From: an uncultured Planctomycetota bacterium | GTDB taxonomy: Bacteria; Planctomycetota; Planctomycetia; Isosphaerales; Isosphaeraceae | NCBI GenBank assembly: GCA_963823665.1 | Contig: CAWGMQ010000005.1 | Location: 1,248,001-1,312,000, forward strand | Reading direction: 5' to 3' | DNA: 64,000 nt | Shown here: piece after piece, positions 52,701 through 62,204 of the stretch | Layout: each line of letters opens with the position of its first letter | Numbering within the stretch: the stretch's first letter is position 1 | Translations under genes and position numbers: made by a program | The notes under the pieces: model-generated | Seen by the model: the letters and a program-made list of their open reading frames with translations, nothing else | What the model was told of the DNA's origin: nothing | The model's database searches: none

Positions 52701-53238
52701 CTTGGATCACTGCGGCAAGGGTCTGGCCCTCGATGAGCTGCATGGCATAGTAGTGCACGCCCCGTTCGCAGCCGACAGAGAAGATCGGCACGATGTTGGT
52801 GTGGTGCAGTTGCGCGGCGGCCTGCGCCTCGATCTGGAACCGCCGCAATTGATGAGGATCGAGCGCGGCGGCGAACGGCAGGACCTTTAGCGCCACCGGG
52901 CGGCGGAGCGAGGTCTGCTCGGCCTTGAAGACAATTCCCATCGCGCCGCGGCCTATCATTCCGAGGATACGGAAATCTCCCAGTTGGGTGTCGACGGCCG
53001 GATCAATGATGGCCTCGGCATCGACCCGGGACTCGACCTGGCTGGCCAACCTTAATACCGAGAGGCAGGCCCGCAGCCGGTCGGCAATTTCCGGGTGGGC
53101 GGCTGTCAGGGCATCGGGGTCGACAACCGCGCCGGCCTCGACGGCAGCGAGGTAGTCGTCGAGGAGACGCGCCAGCTCAGATTGCCGCGATGCGTCCGGA
53201 TCGACACCATTGGTGGCCGGGAGGGTCCTCGAACTCAT
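49738..53238 (-). CDS. Ser/Thr protein kinase with TM and WD40 repeats
   Basis: GRGAMGIV, HRDIKPANLL, DFG, YMSPEQ; TM; many GH..FSPDG..WD repeats. Confidence 0.95.
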   Translation of the reverse strand: MSSRTLPATNGVDPDASRQSELARLLDDYLAAVEAGAVVDPDALTAAHPEIADRLRACLSVLRLASQVESRVDAEAIIDPAVDTQLGDFRILGMIGRGAMGIVFKAEQTSLRRPVALKVLPFAAALDPHQLRRFQIEAQAAAQLHHTNIVPIFSVGCERGVHYYAMQLIEGQTLAAVIQDLRQISGLGAEPADAPTVAGVSLAQEFVSGRLDPAPALDSAEEPAGESRARGNPSRRTTGQRVHEWSVTGRSSRSAPARNPAYFRTIANLGLQAAEALDHAHRLGTIHRDIKPANLLVDVRGNLWITDFGLARMQADSGLTMTGDVLGTLRYMSPEQSAARRGIVDHRADVYSLGATLYELLTLHPAHDGRDRAELLHRIAFGEPKAPRAHNPAIPRDLETIVLKALARDVANRYATAQKLADDLRRFIDHRPILARRPSPWKRAEKWARRHRGLVASILVVAILALVSATIVATLTRSNERLNRGKRQAEYVHNLRQAFHLIRHDDLPGAARLLDRHLPAPGQTDNRGFPWYYLTRLSQLQPRTFPGHVGEVYHVEFSPDGRTLASCGQDGTVRLWNAATGQLERILRGHDGDVNYVVFSPDGRSLATGGDDGTVRLWDVDSDKPRTTLGKHADWVNCVLFTPDGRRLISGARDKQVKIWDIPSAREQASLPTPGEIEALALSRDGRTLLTAGWDHSVRLWDLATLREKLSLPGLARIQSMSLSHDGLTVATADVESMIRVWDTVSGRLKASLSGHTAGLERVAFSPDDRLLASCGGDGTVRLWDLATGRFRKIWSGPRSRVWCVAFSSDGHTLAFSTESGRIELTDLSTGHGMVSIPIPGISIRSMAYPGAGERVTVFSVDNTDGIVTVLDPDGREVVHQRRIRAPGGIFHGALSPDGKRLVTVDGNQMVTLRDAEDGYPLKSLAVSGVVYAGPPRVGWGDVAFSQDGRFLAVTRTIDPSAVLWDTESEVVREFPSHDFNRVRFLVGGDGILFHNSNGLFRVNLMAAGFPASRIVGCVELQGLALSADGRMMATGEGNGMIKLSDVRSLEHEATLLGHSEKVTSLALSEDGTTLASTSLDRTVRLWDVATRQELGVIDEDAAPDLKLQFAPDGSYLAGYGGEPYPEVVLWPASPVTKNRAAHAQPDRAVCPVPDRPRKVRKNTYR

Positions 53239-53843
53239 GATTGGTCCTCCAGCAACCGATTCAGCCGCTCCAGGGCCCTGGCCCAGAGCATGCGTACGGC
53301 ACCGACGGAGCGGCCCATCCGGACGGCGACCTGGTCGAACGGGACGTGTTCAAGGGTACGCAGGACGAAGACTTCCCGATAGTCGGGCGGGAGTTGAGCC
53401 ACCGCGTCGGCGAGCAGGACGGCGCGCTCACGGCGAGAGGCTCGCTCGCTGGGCGACGCCGCGTGCGAAGCGAGTGCGCGTTGGATGGCCTCGTCCGAGC
53501 GATCGATGAGCAGGTCGAGCGATTCCTGGCGCTGGTGGTCGCGGCCCATGCGGCGGTGGTGCTTGACCTGGTCGGCCAGGGTGCGAGCCAGGATGCGCCG
53601 GAGCCACGCGACGAGCTCGGGCTCGGCTTGGCCCTGGAAGTTGGCAAAGTCGCGATGGGCTTTCAGGAAGGTCTCCTGCACCAGGTCCGACGGCTCTAGC
53701 TTTACTCGCAGGGCGGGACCAATTAGCGAGCGCGTCACGAGCTTCAAATAGTTGCGATAGAGCTCGAGCAGCCGGCCGAGCGCCGACGGGTCGCCTGCGC
53801 GGGCCTGGGCAATCAATCGATCGGGGATTACTTCGCTTGTCAC
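53235..53843 (-). CDS. ECF sigma-70 factor, planctomycete STK-associated type
   Basis: YRNYL..SDLVQETFLKAHRDF..WLRRIL; LPPDYREV..VRMLWARAL; ATGA overlap with the kinase; GGAGG before the GTG/TTG start. Confidence 0.92.
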   Translation of the reverse strand: MTSEVIPDRLIAQARAGDPSALGRLLELYRNYLKLVTRSLIGPALRVKLEPSDLVQETFLKAHRDFANFQGQAEPELVAWLRRILARTLADQVKHHRRMGRDHQRQESLDLLIDRSDEAIQRALASHAASPSERASRRERAVLLADAVAQLPPDYREVFVLRTLEHVPFDQVAVRMGRSVGAVRMLWARALERLNRLLEDQS

Positions 53844-54406
53844 CAACGGACCTCCGCCTGCGCAGATGCACTGCGACTCTCCATGCTGCGGTCCCCCCAT
53901 CATGATAGACGACACTGCGGCGGGATTCGCACGCAATCGGGGTTGAAATCTTCCTATCGCGTTCGCCGATCATCGGTTCCGCGAGCGGTCCAATCTTTGA
54001 CCTTTCGGGGCCGGCGTCATCAATACAGAGTTTCGCGAGTTCCTCCAAGGAACGGGCTGTCCCCCCGCGATCATCACCCAAGTCGGCTACTGAGCATCAA
54101 GCGACTCGATACACAGTTCGCGACCAGCGAGCTAGTCAGATGGCGCGTCGACGGTCGGGAAAAGTACGCTCGATGGACTGTTTGAGCAAGACCGCGATCA
54201 CGCCGGGTGGTGCCGTTCCGCCAACTGCGCTTCGAGCCATTTCGAACAGGAAAGCCCCGAACAACTCGCGCTCCTGCCGCATCGCGATCCGTTGGCGGGG
54301 TTGTCGGTCAGCTCGAGACCGCGCGGAGCAGAACCTGCAGGTTCTTAGCTCAACGAGCCGATTGACACCGGGGTGGAAGTCACATAAAACAGCGCAACGT
54401 CGCGGT

Positions 54407-54691
54407 TCATTTCGGCTTTGGAGCAGCGGGCGCGTCGGGGAGCCAGGGGCGGGATGCCATAGCAGCATACTTGCGGGCGCGGTTGGCGTGATACACCGCG
54501 GCGGCCGGGCTGCCTCCTAGCCCGCGAGGTCTGCGAAAGTGCTGCGCGATCAGCTCTTCGCGTGTTGCCATCGCCCGGTATATGTCACGCCTTCGCTTTA
54601 GCCGCCCTACGTCGCGATAGCCGCTGAGCGCGAGCGAAAGCAACGCCACAGCGACCATCCAGCGCCGAGTCGACATCCGTGGCGCTCGCAA
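54407..54691 (-). CDS. Small membrane-anchored hypothetical protein (planctomycete-type)
   Basis: RMSTRRWMVAVALL..YH..RKY..RPWL pattern. Confidence 0.6.
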   Translation of the reverse strand: MRAPRMSTRRWMVAVALLSLALSGYRDVGRLKRRRDIYRAMATREELIAQHFRRPRGLGGSPAAAVYHANRARKYAAMASRPWLPDAPAAPKPK

Positions 54692-54962
54692 GATTACCTC
54701 CTGAATGGGCCGGTTACAGGATCGCCAACTGTACCTTGCTTCTGGACTGGAGACGAAGTGGAAAGTCTCAGCGATACTTCACAGTTTTCACTTTTTGGGC
54801 CTGGGACGGGCGAGGTATGCCCGTTCTTCCCCGCTGTCGACTTGGAAGCTACGCTAAGGGCCCTCGGGTAAGCGACCCATCGCAGATTTGTGAACTCGTC
54901 GATCCGCCTGGTGCTGAGAACAACAGCCTCTTCCGCGATCTGCACGTCTCGTCGAGCCCTTA

Positions 54963-56630
54963 GTTCAGGTTTCGCACATTTCGCAGGCATTGGCCGCGTA
55001 TACGTTGATGCGTGATTCGGCCGCGTCGCGACCTGTTCCGCGCCGGAAGGCGAGAGCCGCGTCGCGACAATTGATGTCGGCTTCCTTGCACACGTATGGC
55101 ATCCTGTCTGGGGCTTACAAACCAAATAGGCACCCAGGCAAGGAAGCCGACCAATGGAACTTACCGCTTCGTTCACTGAGCTGCTACATCAATTCGCCGA
55201 TGTCTTCACGACCCCAACCTTCCTGACCTTCGTTGAAATCGTCACGGGTTGGTTGCTTTCGCACCGTCATCGTTACGTGACCGAGCTCATCTTTGCCAGC
55301 GGTAACATTGGCAACGGCCATTGGTGTCGGTTCCATCGCTTCTTCAGTCATGCCGCGTGGGACCCCGATCACTTCGCCTTGTGCTTGGCCAAACTGGTCG
55401 GCTCAATCCTGGCGCCTGGTGCTACCCTGTATTGGGCCGTCGATGACACGCTCTGCCGTAAACGAGGATTGACTCTCTACGGCGCGGGCATGCACTACGA
55501 TCCGCTGATCTCCAGTCGCGCCAAGTCGCTGGTCAGTTGGGGCCACGACTGGGTCGTGCTTTGCCTGATCGTCGTGAACCCGTTTTGGGCACCCACCAAG
55601 GTCTTCGCCTTGCCAATCACCATGCGTCTGTACCGCAATCGGCAAGGACTCACCAAGGGGAAGAAGGGTCGGGGTAAAGGTTGCAAACCCAATCCTGATC
55701 ATCGCACTCGCCCTGAACTGGCTCGCGAGCTCATCCACTTGGTAGCTCAGTGGTATCCTGACGATGAGATCTTTCTTACCGGCGACAGCGCCTATGGGGG
55801 CAAGAGCATCCTGTCGCATCTGCCGACGAACGTTCATCTCATCAGCCATGTCCATCCCAAGGGTGCGCTTTACGAGCGTGCCCCCGTCGAGAAGAAAGGA
55901 CGCAAAGGAGCGCCTCGAAAAAAAGGTGCCCGTCTGCCGAGCATGGCCCAGTGGGCCAATGATCCCAGCCAACCTTGGACTGAACTTAAATTCAACCAGT
56001 TCGGGTTGCATGCCAGGCTCGCCGTCAAAACGATCAAGGCCCTCTACTACAAGGCAGGTGGAGACCGCGAGCTGACGATCGTCTTGGTACATGATCTGGA
56101 AGGGAAACGCCCCGATCAGATGTTCTACTGCACCAAGCTTGATTGGAGCGCGCGGCAAATTCTGACGGTGTACTCCTATCGCTGGGCGATTGAATGCACC
56201 TTCGAGAATTGCAAACAGTTCCTGGGGCTCGAAGACCCAGCGAATCGTCTGCCGAAGGCGGTCGGGCGTACCGCGCCCATGGCGCTGATGCTCTACAGCT
56301 TGGTGATAGTGTGGTTCCACCAGACCGGACATCGATTCGTCCGATTTCCCATCCGCCCGTGGTATCAACGGAAGCAAGAACCCTCGTTTGCTGATCTATT
56401 GACCACACTGCGCCGTGTTAGCCTTGAAGAAAAAACTCGCGCAGTGCTTTTAGATCAGCGCGCTATAAAAACCTGGCTTGCGCAGGTCACCGATCTTCTC
56501 AGCCGAGTGGCGTGATCGGCGTCGACCAGGCTAACTGAAGCTGCACCCGCTCCGTCGCGAGCAACCGAGTGACACGAAAATGCCGGCTCGGCCGATCGCA
56601 AAGCGCCTTCAGAATGTGCGAAACCTGAAC
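54963..56630 (+). mobile_element. IS701/IS4-superfamily insertion sequence
   Basis: Perfect 18-bp TIR GTTCAGGTTTCGCACATT (54963-54980 / 56613-56630); TTA on both flanks within CTTAG context; lower GC than the flanks. Confidence 0.93.
55154..56515 (+). CDS. DDE transposase (IS701-like)
   Basis: AVDDT, GDSAYG, Y..RW.IE..F. Confidence 0.93.
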   Translation: MELTASFTELLHQFADVFTTPTFLTFVEIVTGWLLSHRHRYVTELIFASGNIGNGHWCRFHRFFSHAAWDPDHFALCLAKLVGSILAPGATLYWAVDDTLCRKRGLTLYGAGMHYDPLISSRAKSLVSWGHDWVVLCLIVVNPFWAPTKVFALPITMRLYRNRQGLTKGKKGRGKGCKPNPDHRTRPELARELIHLVAQWYPDDEIFLTGDSAYGGKSILSHLPTNVHLISHVHPKGALYERAPVEKKGRKGAPRKKGARLPSMAQWANDPSQPWTELKFNQFGLHARLAVKTIKALYYKAGGDRELTIVLVHDLEGKRPDQMFYCTKLDWSARQILTVYSYRWAIECTFENCKQFLGLEDPANRLPKAVGRTAPMALMLYSLVIVWFHQTGHRFVRFPIRPWYQRKQEPSFADLLTTLRRVSLEEKTRAVLLDQRAIKTWLAQVTDLLSRVA

Positions 56631-56852
56631 TTAGCAGTCTTGCCTCGAATTCTGCTCCCGCACCCATCTCCCGCGTCAGTGTCAGCAGAGCCTGCCTCCC
56701 GGACTTGGCCTCCACCACCGGTTCGCAGCCGGGCGGGCTGGTACCTGGAGCGCTCGTCTCGCTGACGGCGCCCCGGCCAGTTCCGGCAGTCGATGTCAGG
56801 TGTTCGGCCATGGCATTCCCTTTCCCGGTCTGCCCTCGATGCCAACCGGATG

Positions 56853-57287
56853 CTATGCGCCCGAAATCGTGTAACGATGGCCTTGGCCGAGCATGCAGAC
56901 CAGATTTTGCGGCCGGTCGATAATCACGGCAAACAGGTTCGTAATGTCGCGACCAAGAACGCTCATATCGAGCGCAGCAGGATCCGTAACGGCCGCGAAT
57001 TGCCCGTTGAACAGGACCGTGGTTCCCGTTTCACGCTGCAAACGAATCGCGGTTGTCACACTTACCGAGGAAACCCTCCCACCTACTCCCTCGAGATGCT
57101 GGCCCGAAGGTTGGCTAGGCAGGCCGAGCGCTCGCCAGAGATCCTCACTCAGTACGGTGCGATCGGCGGCCACGTCGGCCAGGACGACTGCCGGAACCCA
57201 GGCGCCGTTCTTGGCTCGGACCGCTGCACTGAAAACCGGTCGGACGACGCCATCGTCGCAGAGGCGCCACGAGCCATCAAAACGCAT
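56853..57287 (-). CDS. Retropepsin-like protein with degenerate catalytic motif
   Basis: VLADVAADRTVL in place of DTGA; GVGG flap; SVLGRD. Confidence 0.7.
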   Translation of the reverse strand: MRFDGSWRLCDDGVVRPVFSAAVRAKNGAWVPAVVLADVAADRTVLSEDLWRALGLPSQPSGQHLEGVGGRVSSVSVTTAIRLQRETGTTVLFNGQFAAVTDPAALDMSVLGRDITNLFAVIIDRPQNLVCMLGQGHRYTISGA

Positions 57288-57570
57288 AAATTCGAGCCCC
57301 TCGCTCCTTGGGGATGATGCGCGTGACGCGCCCATCGTCCTCGGGATGAGCCGCCCGAGCCTTGGCCAGCACCTCTTCGGTGTTGTTCCCCACAAAGAGT
57401 TCCTGACCGGCAACGCAAATCACTCTGTCACGGTGGCGATACACCTCCTCGGCATGGGCCTCTAGCCAGGCCCAGTTCCGCTCAAAGCGCTCGCGCTGGG
57501 CCTGCGCTGTGCGAACTGCTGCCGGATCTTGGTCCTCTTCGATCACGATCTTGGAACTCAGTTCAATCAT
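57277..57570 (-). CDS. DUF5678-like small protein
   Basis: N.AWLEAHAEEVY..ICVAGQELFVG..EEVLAKARAAHP; overlaps the retropepsin start. Confidence 0.65.
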   Translation of the reverse strand: MIELSSKIVIEEDQDPAAVRTAQAQRERFERNWAWLEAHAEEVYRHRDRVICVAGQELFVGNNTEEVLAKARAAHPEDDGRVTRIIPKERGARIYAF

Positions 57571-57604
57571 TCTAGCCTCCTTTGGGACGAATCCTCCATT
57601 ACAA

Positions 57605-57955
57605 TCATAGCAAGCCCCGCCCGTGAGGGGACGCGGAGTTAGCGCCGTTCTTTCCCCGGTTCGGTCCGTTTGTCCCCACTTGAAGGGCCGCCGGCCATCT
57701 TCGCTTCTCAACCAGATCCCGCGATCCGAAGACAAAGACAGGCAAGAAGTAAGCCCAGCCGAACAGGGCGAATCCCCGCCAGGCTCCGGACCGGGACCTA
57801 CGGACCACCGCGCCTACGGTCGCCAGGACCAGGATGCCGTAAGTACCATAGATAGTTGCATTGGCGAGGGTGGGTGAGGCGATGCGCACGGCGGCGAGTG
57901 CCAAGGCGATAAGCCCGACAGCCAGCAAAGTGCTCGCGAGGCTCCAATGACGCAT
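57605..57955 (-). pseudogene. N-terminal part of a planctomycete membrane protein
   Basis: Three TMs and W.GFALFGWAY, then low-complexity tail. Confidence 0.5.
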
Positions 57956-58097
57956 AACGCCTCCTGCAAGTGGCAAGTCTGGTTTCTGAATCATCGAGTG
58001 CGGTTTGACGCACGGCCGAGACCCAGGTGGAAAGTCTCAACGATAGTCCAGTCTTAGCATAATCTTGCGGGCGAACTTTTCGCCGCAGCGCCGCGGG

Positions 58098-58307
58098 TTA
58101 GGCCATCCTCTCTGATGGCGACGCTGCCGCGCCGGGGGCGGGGATGGACGGGCCCAAGTCATCGCGGTTGGATCGAGGCCGGATATGGTCGAGCAACCTC
58201 GCCAGTACGCCGCCGACGCACGCCGCCAGTAGGCTGAGCCAGATGTGGCAGACCTGTACCAGCGAGTACGACACCAGCCCCATCAGAGACAAGCGAGGTC
58301 GATCCAT
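58098..58307 (-). pseudogene. Possible C-terminal membrane fragment of the same family
   Basis: QVCHIWLSLLAACVGGVLAR single TM. Confidence 0.35.
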
Positions 58308-58323
58308 GAGCTAGCCTTCGGAG

Positions 58324-59337
58324 TCAATGTCGGATCAGTGAGTTCGGTAGCGATTGCTGAAGTTCTGTCGCTCCTTTGTCCGAAAGCAGGGTCCCAGCGA
58401 GATCCAAGTCCAGGAGTCCGGTCAGTCGCCCAAGGTTGCCTACCGAGGCATCCGTCACAGGCGTGTTTCTGAGGACGAGTCGCTCAATCCGCAACAACCC
58501 GACAAGGTGAACCAAACCCGCGCCCGCGATCCGGGTATCGCCGAGGTCGAGGGTCTCCAATTCGGCTAGCTCCGCGAGATGAAGTAGCCCCGCGTCAGTC
58601 ACACGTGTGTTGCGCAAGCCCAGCATTTCCAGACCGTGCAGCCCTCTCAGGTGGGCCAGTCCGTCGTCGCCGATCCTCGTCCCGCCCAGGGTCAGTTTGC
58701 GGAGCATGATCAGCCCTTCCAGCTCAGCGAGGCCCGTGTCAGTCACTTGGGTGTAGCGGAGCCCCAACTCGGTCAAACCCGTCAGCTTCTTCACGTGTAG
58801 CAGTCCAGCGTCGCCGATGCCGGTGTTTCCGAGATGCAATGTCTTGAGATTCCTCAGGCCGACGAGATAAGACAGCCCCGCATCGGTCGCGCGCGTCTCC
58901 ATGAGACTGAGCTCCTGGAGCTGGGTCAGACCCTCCAGCTCTGCCAGGCCGGCGTCGGTCACGCGCGAACCGTCGAGGATGAGCTCCCGGAGTGTGGCAA
59001 GTTTTGCTGCGGGGACGAGCTCAGCATCACCACCGGCCTGAGCCAGGGAGACCCGAACAACGCCACCGAAGTAATCGACGCCAACGAGATTAACGATCCA
59101 CTCCGGCCAGGGAGGACGCCCGTTGAGAATGGGCTTGCCGTTACGCCACTGCCATTGATACCAGACGCTACCGCCGGCCGCCTCGATCGCTGCGACTGCA
59201 TCGCGCTGTACACGGGCACTGTAGACGATCCATCCGAGCGTGCCACCGATCAGGAGCACGAAAATCATGAGCGACCGCAAACTGAACCTTATTCGAGGCC
59301 GATGCCACCAGGATCGGCGCGAAAAAGGGTCGGGCAT
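58324..59337 (-). CDS. Membrane-anchored leucine-rich repeat protein
   Basis: RFSLRSLMIFV TM; ~24-aa repeats L..L.L..T.VTDAGL..L. Confidence 0.92.
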   Translation of the reverse strand: MPDPFSRRSWWHRPRIRFSLRSLMIFVLLIGGTLGWIVYSARVQRDAVAAIEAAGGSVWYQWQWRNGKPILNGRPPWPEWIVNLVGVDYFGGVVRVSLAQAGGDAELVPAAKLATLRELILDGSRVTDAGLAELEGLTQLQELSLMETRATDAGLSYLVGLRNLKTLHLGNTGIGDAGLLHVKKLTGLTELGLRYTQVTDTGLAELEGLIMLRKLTLGGTRIGDDGLAHLRGLHGLEMLGLRNTRVTDAGLLHLAELAELETLDLGDTRIAGAGLVHLVGLLRIERLVLRNTPVTDASVGNLGRLTGLLDLDLAGTLLSDKGATELQQSLPNSLIRH

Positions 59338-59522
59338 GGGGGCGTTCTCGGCGATTGGGTTTGAGGGGGTTCGTCGGTTCTCAGTTCTCGATGTCGTCGC
59401 TGTTGCCCCGATCGCAGCGTATCTCACCGTCTCATACCGCTGCTAGTGACCCGTGTATCGAGGAGTCGCAACTCTTATATGAGGCTGCGTCGATGCTCGT
59501 CGGACCCGCCCAAAGCCAGCCG

Positions 59523-61751
59523 TCATTTTTTCTCTCTTGGTGCCACTTGCCCTCGACGCACGTCCCAGACGACGGCGGAGCCTCGCTGGAATCCGGCTAG
59601 CAGCCTGGCGCCGTCGGGCGAGAATGCGAGCACCGTGGCTCGATTGTCCCTGGATTCGAGAGTCAGCACTTCCTCACCTGTCGTGGTGTCGAACAGCCGG
59701 ATCTTGTCCTCGCCTTGATCCCCTTCCCTAGGCACGTCCGAGGTGGCGATCGTCTTGCCGTCGGGCGCAACAGCAAGCGAGCAGTCTCGGCTGTGGGGAT
59801 AAAGGATTCTGCGCCGCAGCGTACCGGCCGCGACGTCCCAAACGCAGACCCATCCTTCGAAGGACGAGGCCATCGTGCGGCCGTCGGCACTGAATGCGGC
59901 GGTGGCCAAGATGGGATTGCCTAGGCGGGCGGCTTGCTGCTGCTCGGCCGTCCGTCCGTCGGCGAGAAACCGGCGTTCCTCGTGGCCGGTGAGCACGTTG
60001 AAGCGGATCACGTTGCCATTCTTCAGTGCCGCATCGAACCAGATCGAGTTCCCCTCGAATTGCAGCGCGGCCGGGTCCACGTGGACCCGAGCTTTCGTTA
60101 CGGTTGGGGCCGTCCAGCGTTGCCGGCCCGTCGCGGGCTCGATCCCGACGAGGCAATTGTCGTGGGCGACGACCAACATTCGTCCATCAGGTGCCGTCGC
60201 GGCGAGCCGGAACCAGCTCCGAGGGAATTCTCGCGTCACCTCGCCGGCTGCGGCCTCGTAAACCACCAAGATTTCCTGGGCGGAGTCCGACGGGTCATCG
60301 CGCCGGCCGGCCGCGAGCAAGAGTTTGTCGTTGCGCGAGAAGCCGACGGAGGTGGGATCGGCGCTCCGGCCCCCCGACCTGACGATTGGTGCCAGGAGCT
60401 TGTGCCAGATCAGCTTGCCGGTGGCGGCATCCCAGACCCGCACGAAGCCGTCGGAATGACCGGTGACGATCCGATCGCCCATACGCGACCATTCCGCCGC
60501 CCCGAGGCGGCCGACGGGCGTGTTGTCGTCATGGTGCCGCCGCCGTCCCGTCGCTGCGTCGAAGATCGCGATGGCGTTCTGCTCCGCCAGAACGACGAGC
60601 TTCCCATCGGACGAGATCGTGACTCTTCCGCCCAATTTGCCGGGCAGGGCGGTCGCCCACAGCGGCTTCAAGGTAGAGGCGTCCAGCATCCGAAGATGTT
60701 GGAAGTCGACGACGGCCAGCTTCCGGTCGTCGGGCGAGAGGGCAACATTCCCGAACCCGATCTCGTCCGGACCGGCGAGGTCCCGGATTCGTTCGCCGCT
60801 GTCAATGTCCCATAGCCGAATTTCGGCGCGTTTCACGGTCGGCTGTTCTTTTGCGCGCACGGGCTCGATCATACCTGGACGAATCTCCCTGCGGACTTCG
60901 GCCGCTTTCTCTTCCGCTCGTTTTGCGGGAGCCTCTGCCTCCTCCTCCCGCACACCGCCCGAGAGGATTCGCCGGCTATCGGACGTCACGGCGATGGAAG
61001 ACAAGTGATCGCCGGCGGTCGGCCCGATCTCATTCAGGAGCCGGCCGTCGCTCAGGCGCCAGACTCGGATTATCGTGTTGAACTGGTGACCGGCGACCAG
61101 CTTCGTGCCGTCGGGCGTAAATGCCAGGTGCTGCCCGCCTTTTGGCGAGCTGAAAGATCGCACGAGCTCATCCGGCCTTTCTACACGACGGAGCTCGATT
61201 ACCCCTTCCAGACTGCTGCTGGCGAACAAGCGGCCATCGGGCGAAAACTTTACATCGAAAACGTTGCTCCGACGGAGCTCCTGGTGAAAGAGCAGCCGAT
61301 CGGCCGACAAGTCCCAGAGGGCGACTGCTCCCGACAGTTCGCCCCAGAGAAGTTTCGTACCGTCCGGCGAGAACGTGGTTGTGTCGACCCAACCCGGTCG
61401 ATTCCCCGGGCCGACGAGTTGCTTGACACGTCGACCAGTTTGAACGTCGAAAAACGTAACGCGGGTATTCGGGGGATAGAGGTCGCCCGCAGCGACGTGC
61501 CCTCCGCTCGGCGAGATCGCGAACGATCTGATATAGGCAGGCGCCCGCAGGTCGTCAGTGCCAATCCGCAACAGGGCGCGCGGTGGAAGGGCGGGCTCGG
61601 TGACACCCGTCTTGGGTAAATCGTCCGACTCTTCCATGGCCGCATGGCGCATGATCGGTGCCTCAGATCGCGCGGCCGACGGATCCGCGGCGAGGAACGC
61701 CAACATGCCCATGAAACTTCGGATCGTAGACCGTGCGCGGGCAAGTCGCAT
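59523..61751 (-). CDS. Exported WD40 repeat protein
   Basis: AAGGA before MRLARAR; LPPRALLRIG..LR; multiple FSPDG..WD repeats. Confidence 0.88.
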   Translation of the reverse strand: MRLARARSTIRSFMGMLAFLAADPSAARSEAPIMRHAAMEESDDLPKTGVTEPALPPRALLRIGTDDLRAPAYIRSFAISPSGGHVAAGDLYPPNTRVTFFDVQTGRRVKQLVGPGNRPGWVDTTTFSPDGTKLLWGELSGAVALWDLSADRLLFHQELRRSNVFDVKFSPDGRLFASSSLEGVIELRRVERPDELVRSFSSPKGGQHLAFTPDGTKLVAGHQFNTIIRVWRLSDGRLLNEIGPTAGDHLSSIAVTSDSRRILSGGVREEEAEAPAKRAEEKAAEVRREIRPGMIEPVRAKEQPTVKRAEIRLWDIDSGERIRDLAGPDEIGFGNVALSPDDRKLAVVDFQHLRMLDASTLKPLWATALPGKLGGRVTISSDGKLVVLAEQNAIAIFDAATGRRRHHDDNTPVGRLGAAEWSRMGDRIVTGHSDGFVRVWDAATGKLIWHKLLAPIVRSGGRSADPTSVGFSRNDKLLLAAGRRDDPSDSAQEILVVYEAAAGEVTREFPRSWFRLAATAPDGRMLVVAHDNCLVGIEPATGRQRWTAPTVTKARVHVDPAALQFEGNSIWFDAALKNGNVIRFNVLTGHEERRFLADGRTAEQQQAARLGNPILATAAFSADGRTMASSFEGWVCVWDVAAGTLRRRILYPHSRDCSLAVAPDGKTIATSDVPREGDQGEDKIRLFDTTTGEEVLTLESRDNRATVLAFSPDGARLLAGFQRGSAVVWDVRRGQVAPREKK

Positions 61752-61806
61752 GACCGGTTCCTTATGCTCGATTGAGAATCTTGACTCCGCACTGCATCGG
61801 AGGCTC

Positions 61807-62204
61807 TCACCGGCCGGTGCGGCGCACGGCTGCAACTCCACTTCGAGGATTGTGTCCGCGTTGTCGATTGCGCCGACGGTCATGAGAGGAGTTCCACTCA
61901 CGATCGATCTTATTATGGACTCTTGCATTTGGGCGGCTGCACGGCGCGATAAACCGTTCGATTTCACGCTCACGTAGACCCGCCTGGCATCCTCCAGCTT
62001 GGTGGCTTTCGCGCTGTAGTAATGGATTCTTGCAATCTTCCCAATGCCTCGATCATACGTCACTGCGGATAGAATCTTTCCCAGTTCCGTCTTGTCGGCC
62101 ACACCTACGCCAACGGCTACTCGTTCCTGGTTCGGCAGTCGTTCCGCGCGAACCGAGGTGATCGCCAGTATTAAAACGACCGAGACACCGATAATCGCTC
62201 TCAT
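61807..62204 (-). CDS. Small exported hypothetical protein; apparent fusion to the WD40 gene probably due to a missing base near 61832
   Basis: Near-identical to 41217-41597. Adding one T gives ELSAVRRTGR then stop at 61807. Confidence 0.65.

Larger units (their letters stand above)
54694..56811 (-). pseudogene. Hypothetical ~148-aa ORF interrupted by the IS
   Basis: Removing the IS and one TTA joins ..EARLL|RARRDVQ.. in frame. Confidence 0.5.

Noticed and set aside
59523..62204. 893-aa fusion of a small exported domain with WD40
   Set aside because: The small gene is standalone at 41217-41597, the WD40 part has its own RBS and signal-like start at 61751, and one missing base explains the read-through.
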